Program-made: the position numbers and the translations under genes
The notes under the pieces: model-generated
The model's database searches: none
Seen by the model: the letters and a program-made list of their open reading frames with translations, nothing else
What the model was told of the DNA's origin: nothing
Origin: Heterodontus francisci
Taxonomy: Eukaryota
Length of the DNA stretch: 64,000 nucleotides
Assembly (NCBI RefSeq): GCF_036365525.1
Contig: NC_090380.1
Span: 17,608,001 to 17,672,000, forward strand
Reading direction: 5' to 3'
Shown: in pieces, positions 25,501 to 40,500 of the stretch
Numbering within the stretch: position 1 is the first letter of the stretch
Layout of the letters: the number at the start of each line of letters is the position of its first letter

Positions 25501-28500
25501 TGGATGAGCCATTAAACCAAGTCCCTGTCTGCCCTCTCAGGTGGATGCAAAAGATCCCATGGCACTATTTTGAATAAGAGCCAATATTAATTTCTGAATC
25601 AAAATCACAAAAACAGATTACTCAGATATCAATAATCAGCTTGCTCGGTGCAAATTGGCTGTCGTCTTTCCTAAATTGCAACAGTGATGACACTTCAGCA
25701 AATATTTCATTGGCTGCAAAGCGCTTGAGATGCTTTTTGGGGGGGGGGGGGGGGGGGGGGTCGGGAAAGGCGCTATATAAATGGAAGTCTTTCTTTTTAT
25801 AATTTTTATTAAGCTTCATTAATTATTGCCAACTACCATTTGTATTTTTAGCTGGCATTTTGAGGCTGACTCATTTTAAATATTGTTTCATGCACTTAGT
25901 GGATTACCAGTTGTTATGATCTAGTGGAAGCAGAAAGGAAAACTGCACCAGAGATGGTGCATGGCCGAGAGGAAAACTGCACCAGAGATGGTGCATGGCC
26001 GAGAGGAAAACTGCACCAGAGATGGTGCATGGCCGAGAGGAAAACTGCACCAGAGATGGTGCATGGCCGAGAGGAAAACTGCACCAGAGATGGTGCATGG
26101 CCGAGAGGAAAACTGCACCAGAGATGGTGCATGGCCGAGAGGAAAACTGCACCAGAGATGCTGCATGGCCGAGAGGAAAACTGCACCAGAGATGGTGCAT
26201 GGCCGAGAGGAAAACTGCACCAGAGATGGTGCATGGCCGAGAGGAAAACTGCACCAGAGATGGTGCATGGCCGAGGAAAACTGCACCAGAGATGGTGCAT
26301 GGCCGAGAGGAAAACTGCACCAGAGATGGTGCATGGCCGAGAGGAAAACTGCACCAGAGATGGTGCATGGCCGAGAGGAAAATACAGAGTTAAAAAAAAG
26401 TATTCAGGGAGATGAAAAGAGTCAATAAGCAATGACAACACAACTGAGCCCTGAGAAAAGTGAGCTACAAAGACAAGAGACAGGGCAGTGGGGAGAAAGC
26501 AAACAGGAACATAACCAACGACACTGAGGATTTAGCAAAAGATATGTGTTAAGAACATAAGAAATAGAAGCAGGAGTAGACCATACATCTATGGTCGGCA
26601 CAGACTCGGTGGGCCGAAGGGCCTGTTTCAGTGCTGTATCTCTAAATCTAAATCTAAAAAATAAAAATCCATCATGCCTTCTCCGCCATTCAATACTATG
26701 ATGGCTAATCTTTGGCTTCAACTCCACTTTCCTGCCCGCTTCCCATCTCCCTTCATTCCGAGACACCAAAAATCTGTCCATCCCAGCCTTAAATTTACTC
26801 AACGATGGAGCAACCACAACCTTCTGGGATAGAGAATTCCAAAGATTCACAATCCTCTGAGTGAAGAAATTTCTCCTCATCTCAGTCCTAAATCATTGAC
26901 TCCTTATCCTGAGGCTGTGCCCCCCTCCATGTTCTAGATTCCCCAGCCAGGGAAAACAATCTCTCAGCGTCTACCCTGTCAAGCCCCTTCAGAATCTGGT
27001 AAGTTTCAATGAGATCACCTTTCATTCTTCTAAATTCCGAATAATATAGAGCCAATTTACTTAGCCATTCGTAGGACAACCCTTTCATCCCAGAAAACAA
27101 TCGTGAACCTTTGCTATACCGCCTCCAATCCAAATATATCCTTCCTTAAACATGGAGACCAAAACTGCACACACTACTCCAGATTTGGTCTCACCAAAGT
27201 CTTGTACAATTGTAGCAAGACCTGTTTATACCAGAAGGAAGGTATATGCAATTAGTTGATTATGGAATACTGTACATCAATCATGAAACACAGGCGATCA
27301 TGCGTATCTCCATTCTTCACTTTTCTCATGCTATCTTTTAAATGTGCTCCTCTTCACATACCAGCTCAATTCTTCGCCCTTTCTCCTTTCCATCCCATCA
27401 AAAATGACTCATATCAATTGTTTTTACCCTCTATTATCTACATTAGGGGCACCTGACATTACAAAAAAGCACCCCAGTAGCACATTACAAATACACGTCC
27501 CACACACTAATTAACTGCTTCACACACCAAACACTAATTACTATGTCCCAGCAAAGCTTTCCTACCTGTTCCCGCAGGAGTTGCTCACAGGCCTCATGTA
27601 GTGTGCCTGTCTTGGTGGATACAAACAGGTACTGCTTCTGCAAAGACTCCAAGTGAAGCAAGGCTGCGTTTACATCATTCAGTATCGCATTGCACTGCTC
27701 CTGAAAGCCATACAGATAATCCCTCATTTCTCTAAGACAAAGAGCAAAAAAAAAACAAGTTACACGCTAACAAACATAATCTGCAGTGTGATTAATGTAC
27801 AAGAGTCAGCAATACCCAACAGACAATACAAGAACAGCAAGTACAAACATGAAAAAAAAGTGGGTAAGCAAACTGAACAAACTAAGATGAAATGAAATAA
27901 ACAAAAAAAAAAAAATTGTAAAAAATGTAAAAAAAAAAGAAAAAATAACTAAAAATAAAAGTAAAATGGGGGGCCCGTCATGCTCTGAAATTATTGAACT
28001 CAATGTTCAGTCCGGCAGGCTGTAGTGTGCCTAATCGGTAAATGAGATGCTGTTCCTCGATCTTGCGTTGATGTTCACTGGAACACTGCAGCAAGCCCAG
28101 GATAGAGAGCCCAGGATACTTGCTGCTGTTCAATTTTCAGTCCGTTAACACCTATTCTGTACGAATGCTTTGTCTTTCAACACACCATTAACATATTGTT
28201 TGCCTTTGCTCCATGACCTTTTGGTCAGCTATGTGGCCTTGTCCAATCTACACCTTCTCCTTTGTTATCTCTTGCCCCACGCCCACCTCACTTGCTTATA
28301 ACCTTTGACATTTCTAATATTTGCTAGTTCCGAAGAATGGTCACTGACCCGAAACGTTAACTCTGCTTCTCTTTCCACAGATGCTGCCAGACCTGCTGAG
28401 TGGTTCCAGCATTTCTTGTTTTTATATCAACATCCATAGCAGTCGGTTTATATTAGTCTGTGTCGTACCAGTATTTATTTAAACCAGATTCTCTTTTAAA

Positions 28501-31500
28501 GGAGTACTCATTTTTAAGCTACTGATACAGTATGCAATTAAAACACTTAATTGTTTCAATTTAACACTGCAGCCAAAAATTCTAATTTCTGAATTATGTA
28601 CACAGTATGGTCTATTCCCCTCAATTCAAAGTCACTTAATTCAAGCTGAGCAACATTATTTTTGCACCAAATTCCTACTCTGCTGTGATACTTATATTAG
28701 TTAATTCAAATTATTGGATAACTTAATTGTTTAAACCCAAAAAACTCACTTTGAATTACCAAGTAGACTTACAGTTAAAAAGAATCATGGATTACACAAA
28801 TAGCCTACATCAGAACACAGCGTGGAGTCCCAGTATGCTGCACCAGTGAATCCCCAATCTCAGGCTGGCCACAATGAAGTAGCACTAAGCAGAGACCAGT
28901 GTTTCCCGTGGGAGCAGGATGCAAGGGGAAAGAGAGAACACCATTCCAAGCCACTCACTTTTCCTGGCATTTGGTATGAAAACACTAAAAGATACCTGGA
29001 AGCAGGGTCCTCTTACCAAAGGGTGGAACAAGCCGGAAATGGTAGATCAGAAGGAAACATATAAAGGGAATTTTTTCTTTCGGAAAAGACAATGAGGAAT
29101 CACTGTCTTAACCGTGTTATCAATGCTTATCTCCACACGTTATCCAATTTTATTGTAGGTACATTGCCCACTGACTTCTTTTTCATGCCCTAATGGTTAG
29201 CAAGAGGGAATATGTACCTGTATTTTGTTCCTTCATCTTGATCCATTTGTGTCTGTATCTTGGAGAACCAGGAATAGAACTGCAGGGCAGAGGAAAAACA
29301 AGCTTATTTATGCAGCTACCAGGGTGATTTGTAATGTCTTCCACAAAGCATGGGATGGAAAACCTTGCTATAAAAGGATGTACAAAAAGGAACTAGGTGG
29401 ACAGCTTTTTCAGAGAGCTGGCACTGGGCCCAATGACCTTCCCCTGTTCCGTACAATTCTGAGATTATAAAATGGGGTTGACAGCAAGAAAGGTGCAACT
29501 AAGACTGATATTAAATTTTGAAGCAGCAAAGACCCGCAAAACATCTGCAGGCAAATTAGTATCTTTATTTCAACAGTACTTCGTTAAATACAGGATTTCT
29601 AGTTACTCTTTCACCAAAGACTTTAACAGGCAAAACTTCTCACTCAGGAAAAAGCTACATAAAGCTGTTCATGTGTAAAATCGGCCCGACCTTGTGACTT
29701 GTTTATAGGCATAGAATTGGGAACTGTGTTGAAAAGGCAGGTTTACATCTGATTGGCTCAATATTTGAGGAATAAACACTATTTCCTTGAAATCTGCCTG
29801 TTAAAATTTCAGCATCTATTATCGAAGAAAACAGCTTCCTAACTACCAATCTTGTTCCATGACAAAGTCCTTGTTTAAGATTCAGGTCTTGCAGCATTCT
29901 TTTAATTCACCTGACAGCTTTTTAAAATCTTTTTCACTCAAATCTAGCGCATCTGCATTTTTAACACAAAACGTAGCTTTTGAATTATAAGTTGTGTCAA
30001 ATAATTGTCCCTGCCATTTTGCCACACTTAACCAATTCTATCACCTCATCCACACCTCCCAAACTATTCCATACTCATCCCATTCCTTCCAGCCCTCCTA
30101 TGTCATCCCCATCTCTCCCATCAATCCCAACCCTCACGGAAACGATCTCTCTAATTAGAGTAACTTTGTTGTTGGGCCTCCCTTACTGTCCGCTCTTTAT
30201 GTTTTCCACCAACCCCGCTACCACCACCTCTGTTGGCAGTCACACGCGCGTCAAGCTGTCCAGTCACCTCCATGTGCCTGTGCGTACACCAGGCATTGCC
30301 TACCAAATAAACCCATCAACAGACATGCCCCTTAAACTGACCAATCAAAACAGTTCGGACAGACCAAAACTGAGTATTGTTATTACAGATTCAGTGCCCG
30401 CCATCTCATGTACCACAAAAGTCCTGCTGTTTCCTATCTAACCCGTCATGGCCAGAGAATCTCTTGCAATGGCTTCACTTCCCATTCCCGCATTATGACC
30501 TCTAGAATTCCCAAAGATCTATCCTTGGCCTCCTCCACCTCTCAGCTACATGCTGTCCACTGGTGGCATTGTCCAGATACACGTCAGGTAGCACGTGTAT
30601 GCTGCTGACACCCAGCTCTACCTCACTATCACTTCTCTCAAACCCTCTACTGTCTGATTTGTCTCGATGCTTAGATGAGCAGAAATTTCCTCCAATTAAA
30701 TATTAGAAAGACAGGAGACATTGTCTTTGGTTCCCACCACAAACCTGGCTCCCTCGCCACCAATTCCATCCCTCTCCCGAGCCACTTTACTACGTTAAAG
30801 GTGCCATATCAATGTAAGTTGTTGTTGTGCAATCAGATCATATAAACAATTGCTAGTCCACTCAAGTTTTCATGGATAGGTTCTCAGTGTGGCCCCTACA
30901 TTACCTTGGACCACTGCCACCACCATCACAGAAGTCACTGGGCATCTATCGCCCATAGCTACTAACTGACTAGGGCATATATCAATTTACCTCAATAAAA
31001 TTCACCTCAACCTGGAACAAAAGCTGGCTAATTTTTTGCCAAACACACAAGTTTACTGGCCATACATCAGAGAAGTTTCCAGATAATGCTTCATAAAACC
31101 TGTTTGCTGATTTAAATAAATTAGGATAGACCTAGATAAGCCTATATTCTCTGGTTTGCGTTATGTTAATGCTTGTGTTAACCCATTTATTTGAAACAGA
31201 AAATCTAGGCCATGGAATCCCAAAAATGTAACCAAAATATTTACACAGGAGCATATATAAAAGTGGAACTTTGGATATCTAAAACTGAGTGCACTGCTAT
31301 GTGACAGCACTGAACACCTTTCATTATGATAGAAATGATCCTTTTGTTTAAAATTATGCTCCCATGTTTAATGTGCATATTTTCAGTCTTTCCTTTTCAT
31401 TCTGACAAGATTGAAACAAAAAGCAATTATTCAAAATTTAACTCTTTCATGTCCTAACATTAAATACATCAATTCTCCTAGTAGCAGTCTGTTACGTACC

Positions 31501-34500
31501 TGCTGAGCAGTTTCTATTTTCTCATTTTCCATGTCCAAGGCAGCGAAGCCTTTGAGAAGAATATCCTCAGTAGATTCAGGAACCACAGCTGTAAGAGGAA
31601 CAGTGATGGATCTCGATGCCAGGCTGCAAAGGTCCTCAATTGGCAACTATAAGAAACACAAGTGTAACAGGTGGTTTAATTATACGCAGCAAGCTAACTA
31701 CTCTAGGTACAGGAGTCAAACAGGTCTGGTACAGGGCCAGCAAGCCAAAGGTACAGAGTGCAAATCCCACCATGGCAAGTTGCTCAAGAGTTTGATGGAA
31801 TCTGGTTATTTGTTGGCTAGCACCCAAACAAAAGGCCATGAAAACTGCTGGATTGTTAAATCCCAACTAACATCCTTTAGGCGGTGGCATAGTGGTAATG
31901 TCACTAGGCTTGTAATCCAGAGCCCAGGCTAATGCTCTGGGGACATGGGTTCGAATCCCACCACAGCAGATGGTGAAATTTGAATTCAATTAGTGGAATT
32001 AAAATCTAGTCTAATGGTGACCATGAAACCATTGTCGATTGTTGCTTGAAAAACCCATCTGGTTCACTAATGTCCTTTAGGGAAGGAAATCTGCTCTCCT
32101 TACCTGGTCTGGCCTACATGTGACTGCAGACCCAAAGCATTGTGACTGACTCTTAAAATGCCCTTTGAAATGGCCAAGCAAGCCACTCAGTTCAAGGGTA
32201 ATTAGGGATGGTCAATAAATTTCACAAAAACAAATTTTTAAAATGGGGAAAGCTCCAGTTCCACACTAACATGGTTGTCTTTTAATGGTCAATAAATGGT
32301 GCCTTTCCAAAATCTTCCATGTCCCAAAAACAAAGGGGTGCTGCAATGATCACAAATATTTTGGAAATTGCTCATTCACTATTAGTAATTTATCAAAAAT
32401 CTGGTAATAGTTACTTCTTGAGTTGACTTTGAACTAGAAATTGAAGCTTTGCTGCCAGCAGTACAGCTATTAGTTGGACAGGTGATTTGATACAGATCAC
32501 TCCGACAGCAGCATTTCCACCATGGAACTATCAAGATGAGTTGGAACTGTACCCCTAGTTTTCTATCAATTAAAATAAAATAGCACCCATCCCCTTATCC
32601 CTGCATAGTGCAAAGTCTTTGGGAGGACTTGGCCCACTGATAATATGTGACCAGAGAGAGAGAAGATTTGCCTTCTCCTCCCTTGTATGTTGTTTGTATA
32701 TCATTTGCTTGGGGAAGACTCAACTATTCCAATACTTTCCTGGTTGACCTCCCACCTTCAACAAACTTCAGCTCATCTAAAACTCTGCTGCCCGTATCCT
32801 AATTTGCATCAACTCCCCTTCACAAATCACCCCTGTGCTTGCTGACCATCATGGGCGCCTCGATTTTAAAATTCTCATCCTTGCGTTCAAATCCCTCCAT
32901 AGCCTCGCCCCCTCCCTACCTCTGTAACCTTCTCCAGTCCTACAATCCCGAGATTTCTGTGCTCCTCCAATTCTGGTCTGATGAATTCCTGATTTCCGTC
33001 ACCCTCCATTGGCAGCCATGCCTTCAGCTCTGGAATTCCCTCCCTTAACCTCCCTAACTCTCTTCCCTCCTTTAAGATGCTCCTTAAAACTTAACTCTTT
33101 GATCACATTTTTGGTCACCTGTACCAATATTTCTTTGTGGCAGCATTTTTAAATTTGCCTAATCAGCCTCCTGGGAAGTGGTTTGGGACATTTTACTATC
33201 TTAAAAAGATGAGATAAATCTACGTTTTGGGGGTGGAGTGGGGTCCGGCTGTGGTGGTTATGTGACACTAATTATCATATTGCAATCTGGATACTGTAGT
33301 TTCACTGGAGCAGAGCAAAATAACAACCTCCATGATAGATCTCACACACATCAACAGGAGCTGGCGATTCTCAATACTGAAGACCAGGGTGAAATTTTCA
33401 ATCCTAACTTGATGCAGGGCCTCAGAAACAGCAGCCCCTGTACAAGGGAAGCTTCTCAAATATTTCTAACACTAAACTGCAAACTTTATTTTTTCCTGCA
33501 GTTGTACACTTTTTTTTGGATTTCATGCTATACTATTATTTGTAGCTGTATTTACTGAAGAGCAAAAAGCTTTTTTTTTTAAAAAAAAGAGAAATTTGAA
33601 AAGGTTCATGCTGGATTTAAATATTATTTGAGAACAGTGGATCCTGTATGGAAAGCAAAGCCAAGAAAACCAAATTCTACCAAATCCTCCAATCAATCTA
33701 ACAGAAATTGCCTTCATTCTTTTAAGTCGTTCGATTTATAGTTTTCAGGTGAGTCTGGGCTTGAACACGCCATTCAGAGGAAAATAAAGTCCAGGATATG
33801 TGAACATGGGAAAAATTATCAACAGGAAAACTCTCGTGCCCACCTAGCCTGACCCACACAATTGAGATACCTTGGGTTTATGTTAACTCTCCATCCCACC
33901 CAAAACTGCATGAACCCCTGTGAGAGCGCCCAGGCCAATATGGAAGGGGGGGGGGGGGGAAATCTGGGAAATTTCTCTCTGAACACAACCCATATCACCA
34001 TCTCAATCAAAACCAGCCCATGGCGCAGTAGGTGTAATCATTAAACCTACTTTAGGACTTGTAGTCATTTATAGTTGAGATAGAGTTGTATACAAAATTA
34101 TGAGGGGCATTGATAGGTTAGATAGGAAGAGACTTTTTCCCTTAGCGGAGGGGTCAATAACCAGAGTGCATAGAATGAAGGTAAGGGGAAGGAGGTTTAG
34201 AGGGGATTTGAGGAAAATAAATTTCACCCAGAGGGTGGTTGGAATCTGGAACGCACTGCCTGAAGAGGTGGTTGAGGCAGGAACCCTCACAACATTTAAG
34301 AAGTATTTAGATGAGCACTTGAAACATCATAGCATATAAGGCTACGGGCCATGTGCTGGAAAATGGGATTAGAATAGTTAGGTGCTTGATGGCCAGTACA
34401 GACACGATAGGCCGAAGGGCCTGTTTCTATGTTGTATAACTCTATGACTATGACTCTATATACCCTGCAGTCTTGCCCAATTTCCATGTTGTAATGCAAG

Positions 34501-37500
34501 GGAAACAAAACTGACAACAATGCCCAAGTCAAGTCTCCCAGATAGACAGAAGGAATCTCGGCATCCTACTTTACTGGGTGCTATAATAGATTTACAGGGA
34601 GAATGCTCAATTGGCGATTGATCCCCTTACACTATCAAGAACATACATTTATGTAGTGCCTTTACTGTAGGAATACATCCCAAGGTGCTTTACAGCAGAG
34701 TAATCAGACAAAAACTGACACCGAACCAAAGGAAGAGAACCTAGGGCAGGTGACTAAAACCTTGGTCGAAGAGGTAGGTTATAAAGAGGGTCTTTAAAGG
34801 AGGAGGGAGTGTTGGAGAGGCAGACAGCTTTATGGAGCTTAATGATGCACAAGAGGCCAGAGTTGGAGAAATACACAGATCATGGATGTTATGGCTGGTC
34901 AGGGAAGTAGATGGAATCGGCGACAAGGGAATGGAATTTGTGGCTTGGGGTGAGGACAGTGACTTTGATGTTCCCAATATTTAATTGAAGGAAATTGCAG
35001 CTCGTGTAAGACCGGATGGCGCAAAGCAGGTCGACAACACAAAGGCAGCGGAGGGATCAAGACAGGCGGTGATGATGAGGTACAGCTGCATAAGAATATA
35101 GGCTTATGAGGGTATTTAGAGGAATTAGGCATTGCAAGAGTTAAATGACCCTAAACTTTTTGCTAGAACTGCTATTCTGCAAAATCCATTGTTTTTGGAC
35201 TCTCAGGAAGACCTATGATCACAAGTATCGTTTTTATTGCAAAATCTAATTGTTATTGCTAGAGAGGGGAGACAACAGAGATTTGAAGCTGTCTGCAGGG
35301 ATATTCTTATCCCTCAAGATATCTGTGGGAAGGTGCTGAGAACTTTGGGCGGCACAGTGGCGCAGTGGTTAGCACCGCAGCCTCACAGCTCCAGCGACCC
35401 GGGTTCAATTCTGGGTACTGCCTGTGTGGAGTTTGCAAGTTCTCCCTGTGTCTGCGTGGGTTTCCTCCGGGTGCTCCGGTTTCCTCCCACATGCCAAAAG
35501 ACATGCAGGTTGATAGGTTAATTGGTCATTATAAATTGCCCCTAGTATAGGTAGATGGTAGGGGAATATAGGGACAGGTGGGGATGTGGTAGGGAATATG
35601 GGGTTAGTGTAGGATTAGTATAAATGGGTGGTTGATGGTCGGCACAGACTCGGTGGGCCGAAGGGCCTGTTTCAGTGCTGTATCTCTAAACTAAACTAAA
35701 CTAAACTTGTGATATTTGTTGGAACATAATCAATTATAATCCCCGTCTACCATTATTCAGTAAAAAGCTTTACAAGATTGCAGTTTAATATTAAGATTGC
35801 TAGTCCATAGTTTAATTACTTCAGAATTTTTCTCCTGTAAGAATTAGGAAAAGGGTAGTGTTTAAATCTAGGGTTTAAATTACAGTTAGAAAGCTTGTTG
35901 TTTCCGAAATTCATAGGTTGCATCAACCGTGAAAACCGAAAACACTAAGGCTAAGAGCAGATAAGGGAGGCCAAAAGTCTGTGCTGAACCCAGAGTTTAC
36001 CGTGCCTATGAATGGACAGAGGTTTCCACAGTTCCAGTTGTTGGATTATATCCTGGGGTCACTCTCAGTGAAGGACCAAGGAGTACACCAACAAGTGTAT
36101 GTGAGTAGTTGGTATGAGGAATGGGACACATCTTCAACCCAAAGATCAATGGAGTAATGCAATTCTCAACTGTTCCTTGTAAACTGCTATATTGCATTAA
36201 TTCTCACTTATGCGTAAATTAAATCATAGCTATTACCAATATAGAATCAGCTTCAAACTATTGGACAGACAGTCTAAAGCGGGGTGTCCAATCTTTTCGC
36301 GTGGGGAGGCCACATTACAATTTTTGTCCTACATAGGGGGCGGCTGAGAAAATTTCAGAAAGACAAAGGCATTAAAAATTTATGTTACTATCAAAACAAC
36401 AAACATGCATTTTTGTGAAGCTTTAAATGAGAAAACTAACTTATTGACTTACTTTCTCGCCGCTATGTTGAACACTGATTTAGTGACATACCTGGCATTG
36501 TTCACAGAATAATACAGTGCAGAAGAGGCCCTTCAGCCCATCGAGTCTGCACCGATGCATTAAAGACACCTGACCTGTCTACCTATTTGCCCATTTGCCA
36601 GCACTTGGCCCATAGCCTTGAATGTTATGACGTGCCAAGTGCTTATCCAGGTACTTTTTAAAGGATGTGAGGCAACCTGCCTCTACCACCCTCCCAGGCA
36701 GGGGATTCCAGACTGTTTTTCCTTGCATAAGTACTCAATCACTGCCCGCACACTTGACGTAGTGACGTGGTGTATTCCAGATAGATGACCATCTGTCAGG
36801 AGTGAACTTGATCTCCTTCTCTTCCCTCTCTCCCCCTCCCCTCTCTGTCTCTCTTCCCACCCCTTTCAGTCTCACTCTCCACCCCCCCCACCTGTCTGTC
36901 TCACCCTCTGCCCCACCTCTTTATGTTCCCCTCGCTCTCTCTCACCTCCCCTCACCCCCAACCTCTTTCACCACAGCCGCCTCCTCCCCCGCCCCCCACG
37001 CAACCCCCAGCGCTCTCTCTCACCTTTGCTGAGAGCAGGAACAGCGGGTTTCCGAACTTCAGACAGATTCGTGATTTTCCAGCGGGCTTCTAAAAAAAAA
37101 AAAATCGGAACCCAACGAAAACCCTGAAGCTATCCTGACAGGTGCTGAGAGCAGGAACAGCGGTTTCCGAACTTTGGACAGAATTGTAGTTTTCCAGCAG
37201 GCTTTAAAAAAAAAAGGAACCTGCCAGAAAACCAGTAATCAGGCAACGATGAGGAATGGCCAATGGAAACCTTTAGCTATATGGATCCTGGCCCGCAGGC
37301 TGTATGTTGGACAACCCTGGTCTAAAGGGACTTCAAATTTATTACAGCTGGATGTGATCATTATACTTGTGGAACAAGATGTCATGTCTTTGGATAACAT
37401 CACCAAAGAACAGCATGTAGATGAGAAATAGGAAAGAGCCAAGGATAGATCCTTGAAGGACTCCTGAACATATCAGAGCAGGGTTGGGAACATGAGGAGT

Positions 37501-40500
37501 AAGTAATCAGGTCATAGCTGAAATTCTACATCAACTTCATTTTTTCATCCTATCCCTATATCCCTCAATTCCTTTAGTGCCCAAGAATCTATTGATCTCA
37601 ATCTTGAATATACTCAATGACTGAGCATACACAGGAAGCAAAGTAGGAGATTCTCTGGCTACAACTGGATAGCTAAGAGTGGAAGCAGGCAAGGGCACTC
37701 CCACTCCACCTGATGCTCCAGCAAAGTGCCTTGGGGATGTTTTACTACGTTAGAAGTACTAGATAAGTTGACGTAGTTGCCCTATTTGAATTGAATGTTC
37801 CTGAGGTTTGAAACAGGGTGTTTTTTTTTAAACTGTTGCCTAGTGGTAGATAAATCCCAAATCAGAACACCAAGATCTGTTAGCATCAGCAACTCGAGAT
37901 ATATGGCAGTTAGTAGGAACAGGGATTGAAACATTATATGTGATGTCTTAGGCTCCAAGATAAAACCTGTGCAGCCCATGGAAAAAGCTTGGTTGCCCCC
38001 GCCTTAAAGCACACGGACAAAGGTTACGAATCTTTATCTTGCCAATAGTAACTTATATAGCACTGTTAACATGGAAAAAACATCCCATGGCACTTCACCA
38101 AGCCAAATGTGATTATGAAGGGTAAACAAAGGTTTCTTCAGAGAAGTGAATTTTAAATGCGGTCTTATAGGACGAGAGGGAGGGAAAGAGACAGAGGAGT
38201 TTAAGGGGCGAATTGGTCACCAGCAGTGGGGTGAAGGGAGGGTTGGCTCCACAACTGGTGTTTCTAAGTTCCGACTGCTGGTCATAAAACTTGGAAAATC
38301 TGAAAGTTCAACTGATCTGAGATAAAGTAACTCTTACCTTAATTAACTGGGTCAATGGTTTTTTTGATAAAATGAGCTGGATTTTGTAGTCAGCGGCAAA
38401 GCAACAGTGCTCGATGCTGACCTCAGATCTTTGGTGCAGCAAACCTTTACTTCCCGCGTCCATTTGTTTCTGATGCCAAGTAATGGGGATCTCCAGGCAT
38501 GCAGCAGCAATGATGACAGCAAGCAGGGTAAGCTGCCATTGAAGTAGTCACACAGCAAACCAGGAAGTAAATACCAGCGAATCACTTTTAATTTTACATA
38601 TTTACCAATAGCCAAATAAATAATTGGGACATAGACATGGGATTAAGGTGGAAGATAAAATACCATAAACAAACTAAGAAAAATTATTTTAAAAATGTGG
38701 AATTTATCCTAATGAAGAAATCTGACATTCAACAAATATAAAATAACTTTCAGGGCCAGGGAGAATAGCTAGCAGTAATTAAAAACTAAGTACGCCATTA
38801 AAACTTAGTTGCATGTCATTCAACAGGGTGTAACTTTTTCCAAGGGTTTTTACATTGAGACTAAATGCCTAACAGTGGAAGTTCACACCAGTTCAATGAT
38901 TTGCTATCAAATGCAGTCTGAGGGAACCTCAACAGCGTACCCCCCTGGAGAAACAATCATATACAGCAACATCTGGATTTCCGCATTTAACTGCACGCGT
39001 GAACTCCAGAAATTGTCAGTGTCAGAGGAGTAATGATGCGAACGCTGACAGTTTCGCCATCATAACTACCGCAAAATCCAAGCCAATACGTGTCACCGTC
39101 ACTTACTGCCGTGTACAGTACATGCCACCCATTTAAATGGATTTAAAGATCCTATCCATAGATATCACTTTAACCAGTAGCTGACTGCAACCAATTGATA
39201 AAACACTGTAAATAGCAGTAAATTCCTCTGTATAGCCTCACAGAATTGTATGCAATTAATCAGCCTGAAATATCAAAAACAGCAAATGACAGTGGATAAC
39301 TGACAAATCGCTCATTAAATGAAATTTATCTTCATTTAACACTCCCAGATAATCCACTGCCACTCCACCCTAAACAAGCAGCTAAAGTCGAGCTGTTTTC
39401 AAAAATATAGCAAAACTTGGAACGGCAGACCAACATGAAGTGCATACTGACCTCAGGAGAAGCAGCAGCGAACAAAGCATCAGTCAGGGCTTCTGCTCCC
39501 AATTCCTATCCAGGGATTGGGTGAGGAGTGAAACTACACAGTCCAAGTTAACAGCAATCATCCCAGGATGGAGGGGAGTGGGGATGTGGTTAAACTGATC
39601 ATTATTACCTCAGGTCAAAATGCTCTCTCCTGACACAACCCAAACTTGCACGGATTAAGTTCATAACTGTACTGCTGGCTGCTTCGCCGCAGTTCAAGTG
39701 GAGATAGTGTAACAATTACACTTGCCCTTCCACTTTACCAAAAATAAAGAACTTGCATTTATACAGTGTAGTTCATGACTGCAGGACATCCCAAAGAACT
39801 TTACAGCCAATTAAGTACTTTCGGACTGTAGTCACCGTTGTAATATCAGAAACACAGCAGCCAATTTTCACACAGGAAGGTCTCACAAACAGCAAAATGA
39901 TAATGACCAGATAATCCATTTCTGTGATGTTGGTTGAGGGATAAATATTGGCCAGGAGGCTATGGAGAATTCCCCAGCTCTTCTTCAAAATAGTGCCACA
40001 GGATCTTTTACATCCAACTGAGAGCGCAAATGGGATCTCAGTGTAACATCGCATCCAAAAGATGGCACTTCGATAGTGCAGCACTTCCTCAGCACTGCCT
40101 GGATTACACGCTCAAGTCTCTGGAGTGGGACTTGAAACCACAGCCTTCTCACTCAGACATGCAAGTGCTGCTGCTGAGCCAAAGCTAACCCCATGGAATC
40201 CTGGTGACAGTACAACATATACAGAACCACATGAATTGCAACTGAAGGAAGGGACGCACAATTTAACATCAGAGGGAGGAAAACCTGATACGTCATGTTC
40301 AAATAGTGAGAATCTAAGCACATCCAACTTAATATGAGCACATTTTGCTGACCCTGTATCTACAATCCCAATGAATTTGTCCAATGACAGAACTTCAAGT
40401 TCATTCTGCACTGGATTCCTGCAGAAAACTGCTCCAATCCTCCATTATTCCTCCATAAACTTGAACACAGAATCTAAACTGACACTCCAGTGCAGTAATG

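Noticed and set aside
25936-26382. CRISPR-like palindromic repeats (also considered for 3035-4780)
   Set aside because: No unique spacers, no cas genes, vertebrate intron.
33523-33717. WFSW-containing ORF as COG3 exon 3
   Set aside because: Wrong position (intron 1); the true exon 3 is at 29218-29279.
35347-35420. tRNA genes (also near 21972 and 31880)
   Set aside because: The A/B boxes are SINE heads that continue into SINE bodies and LINE-derived tails.
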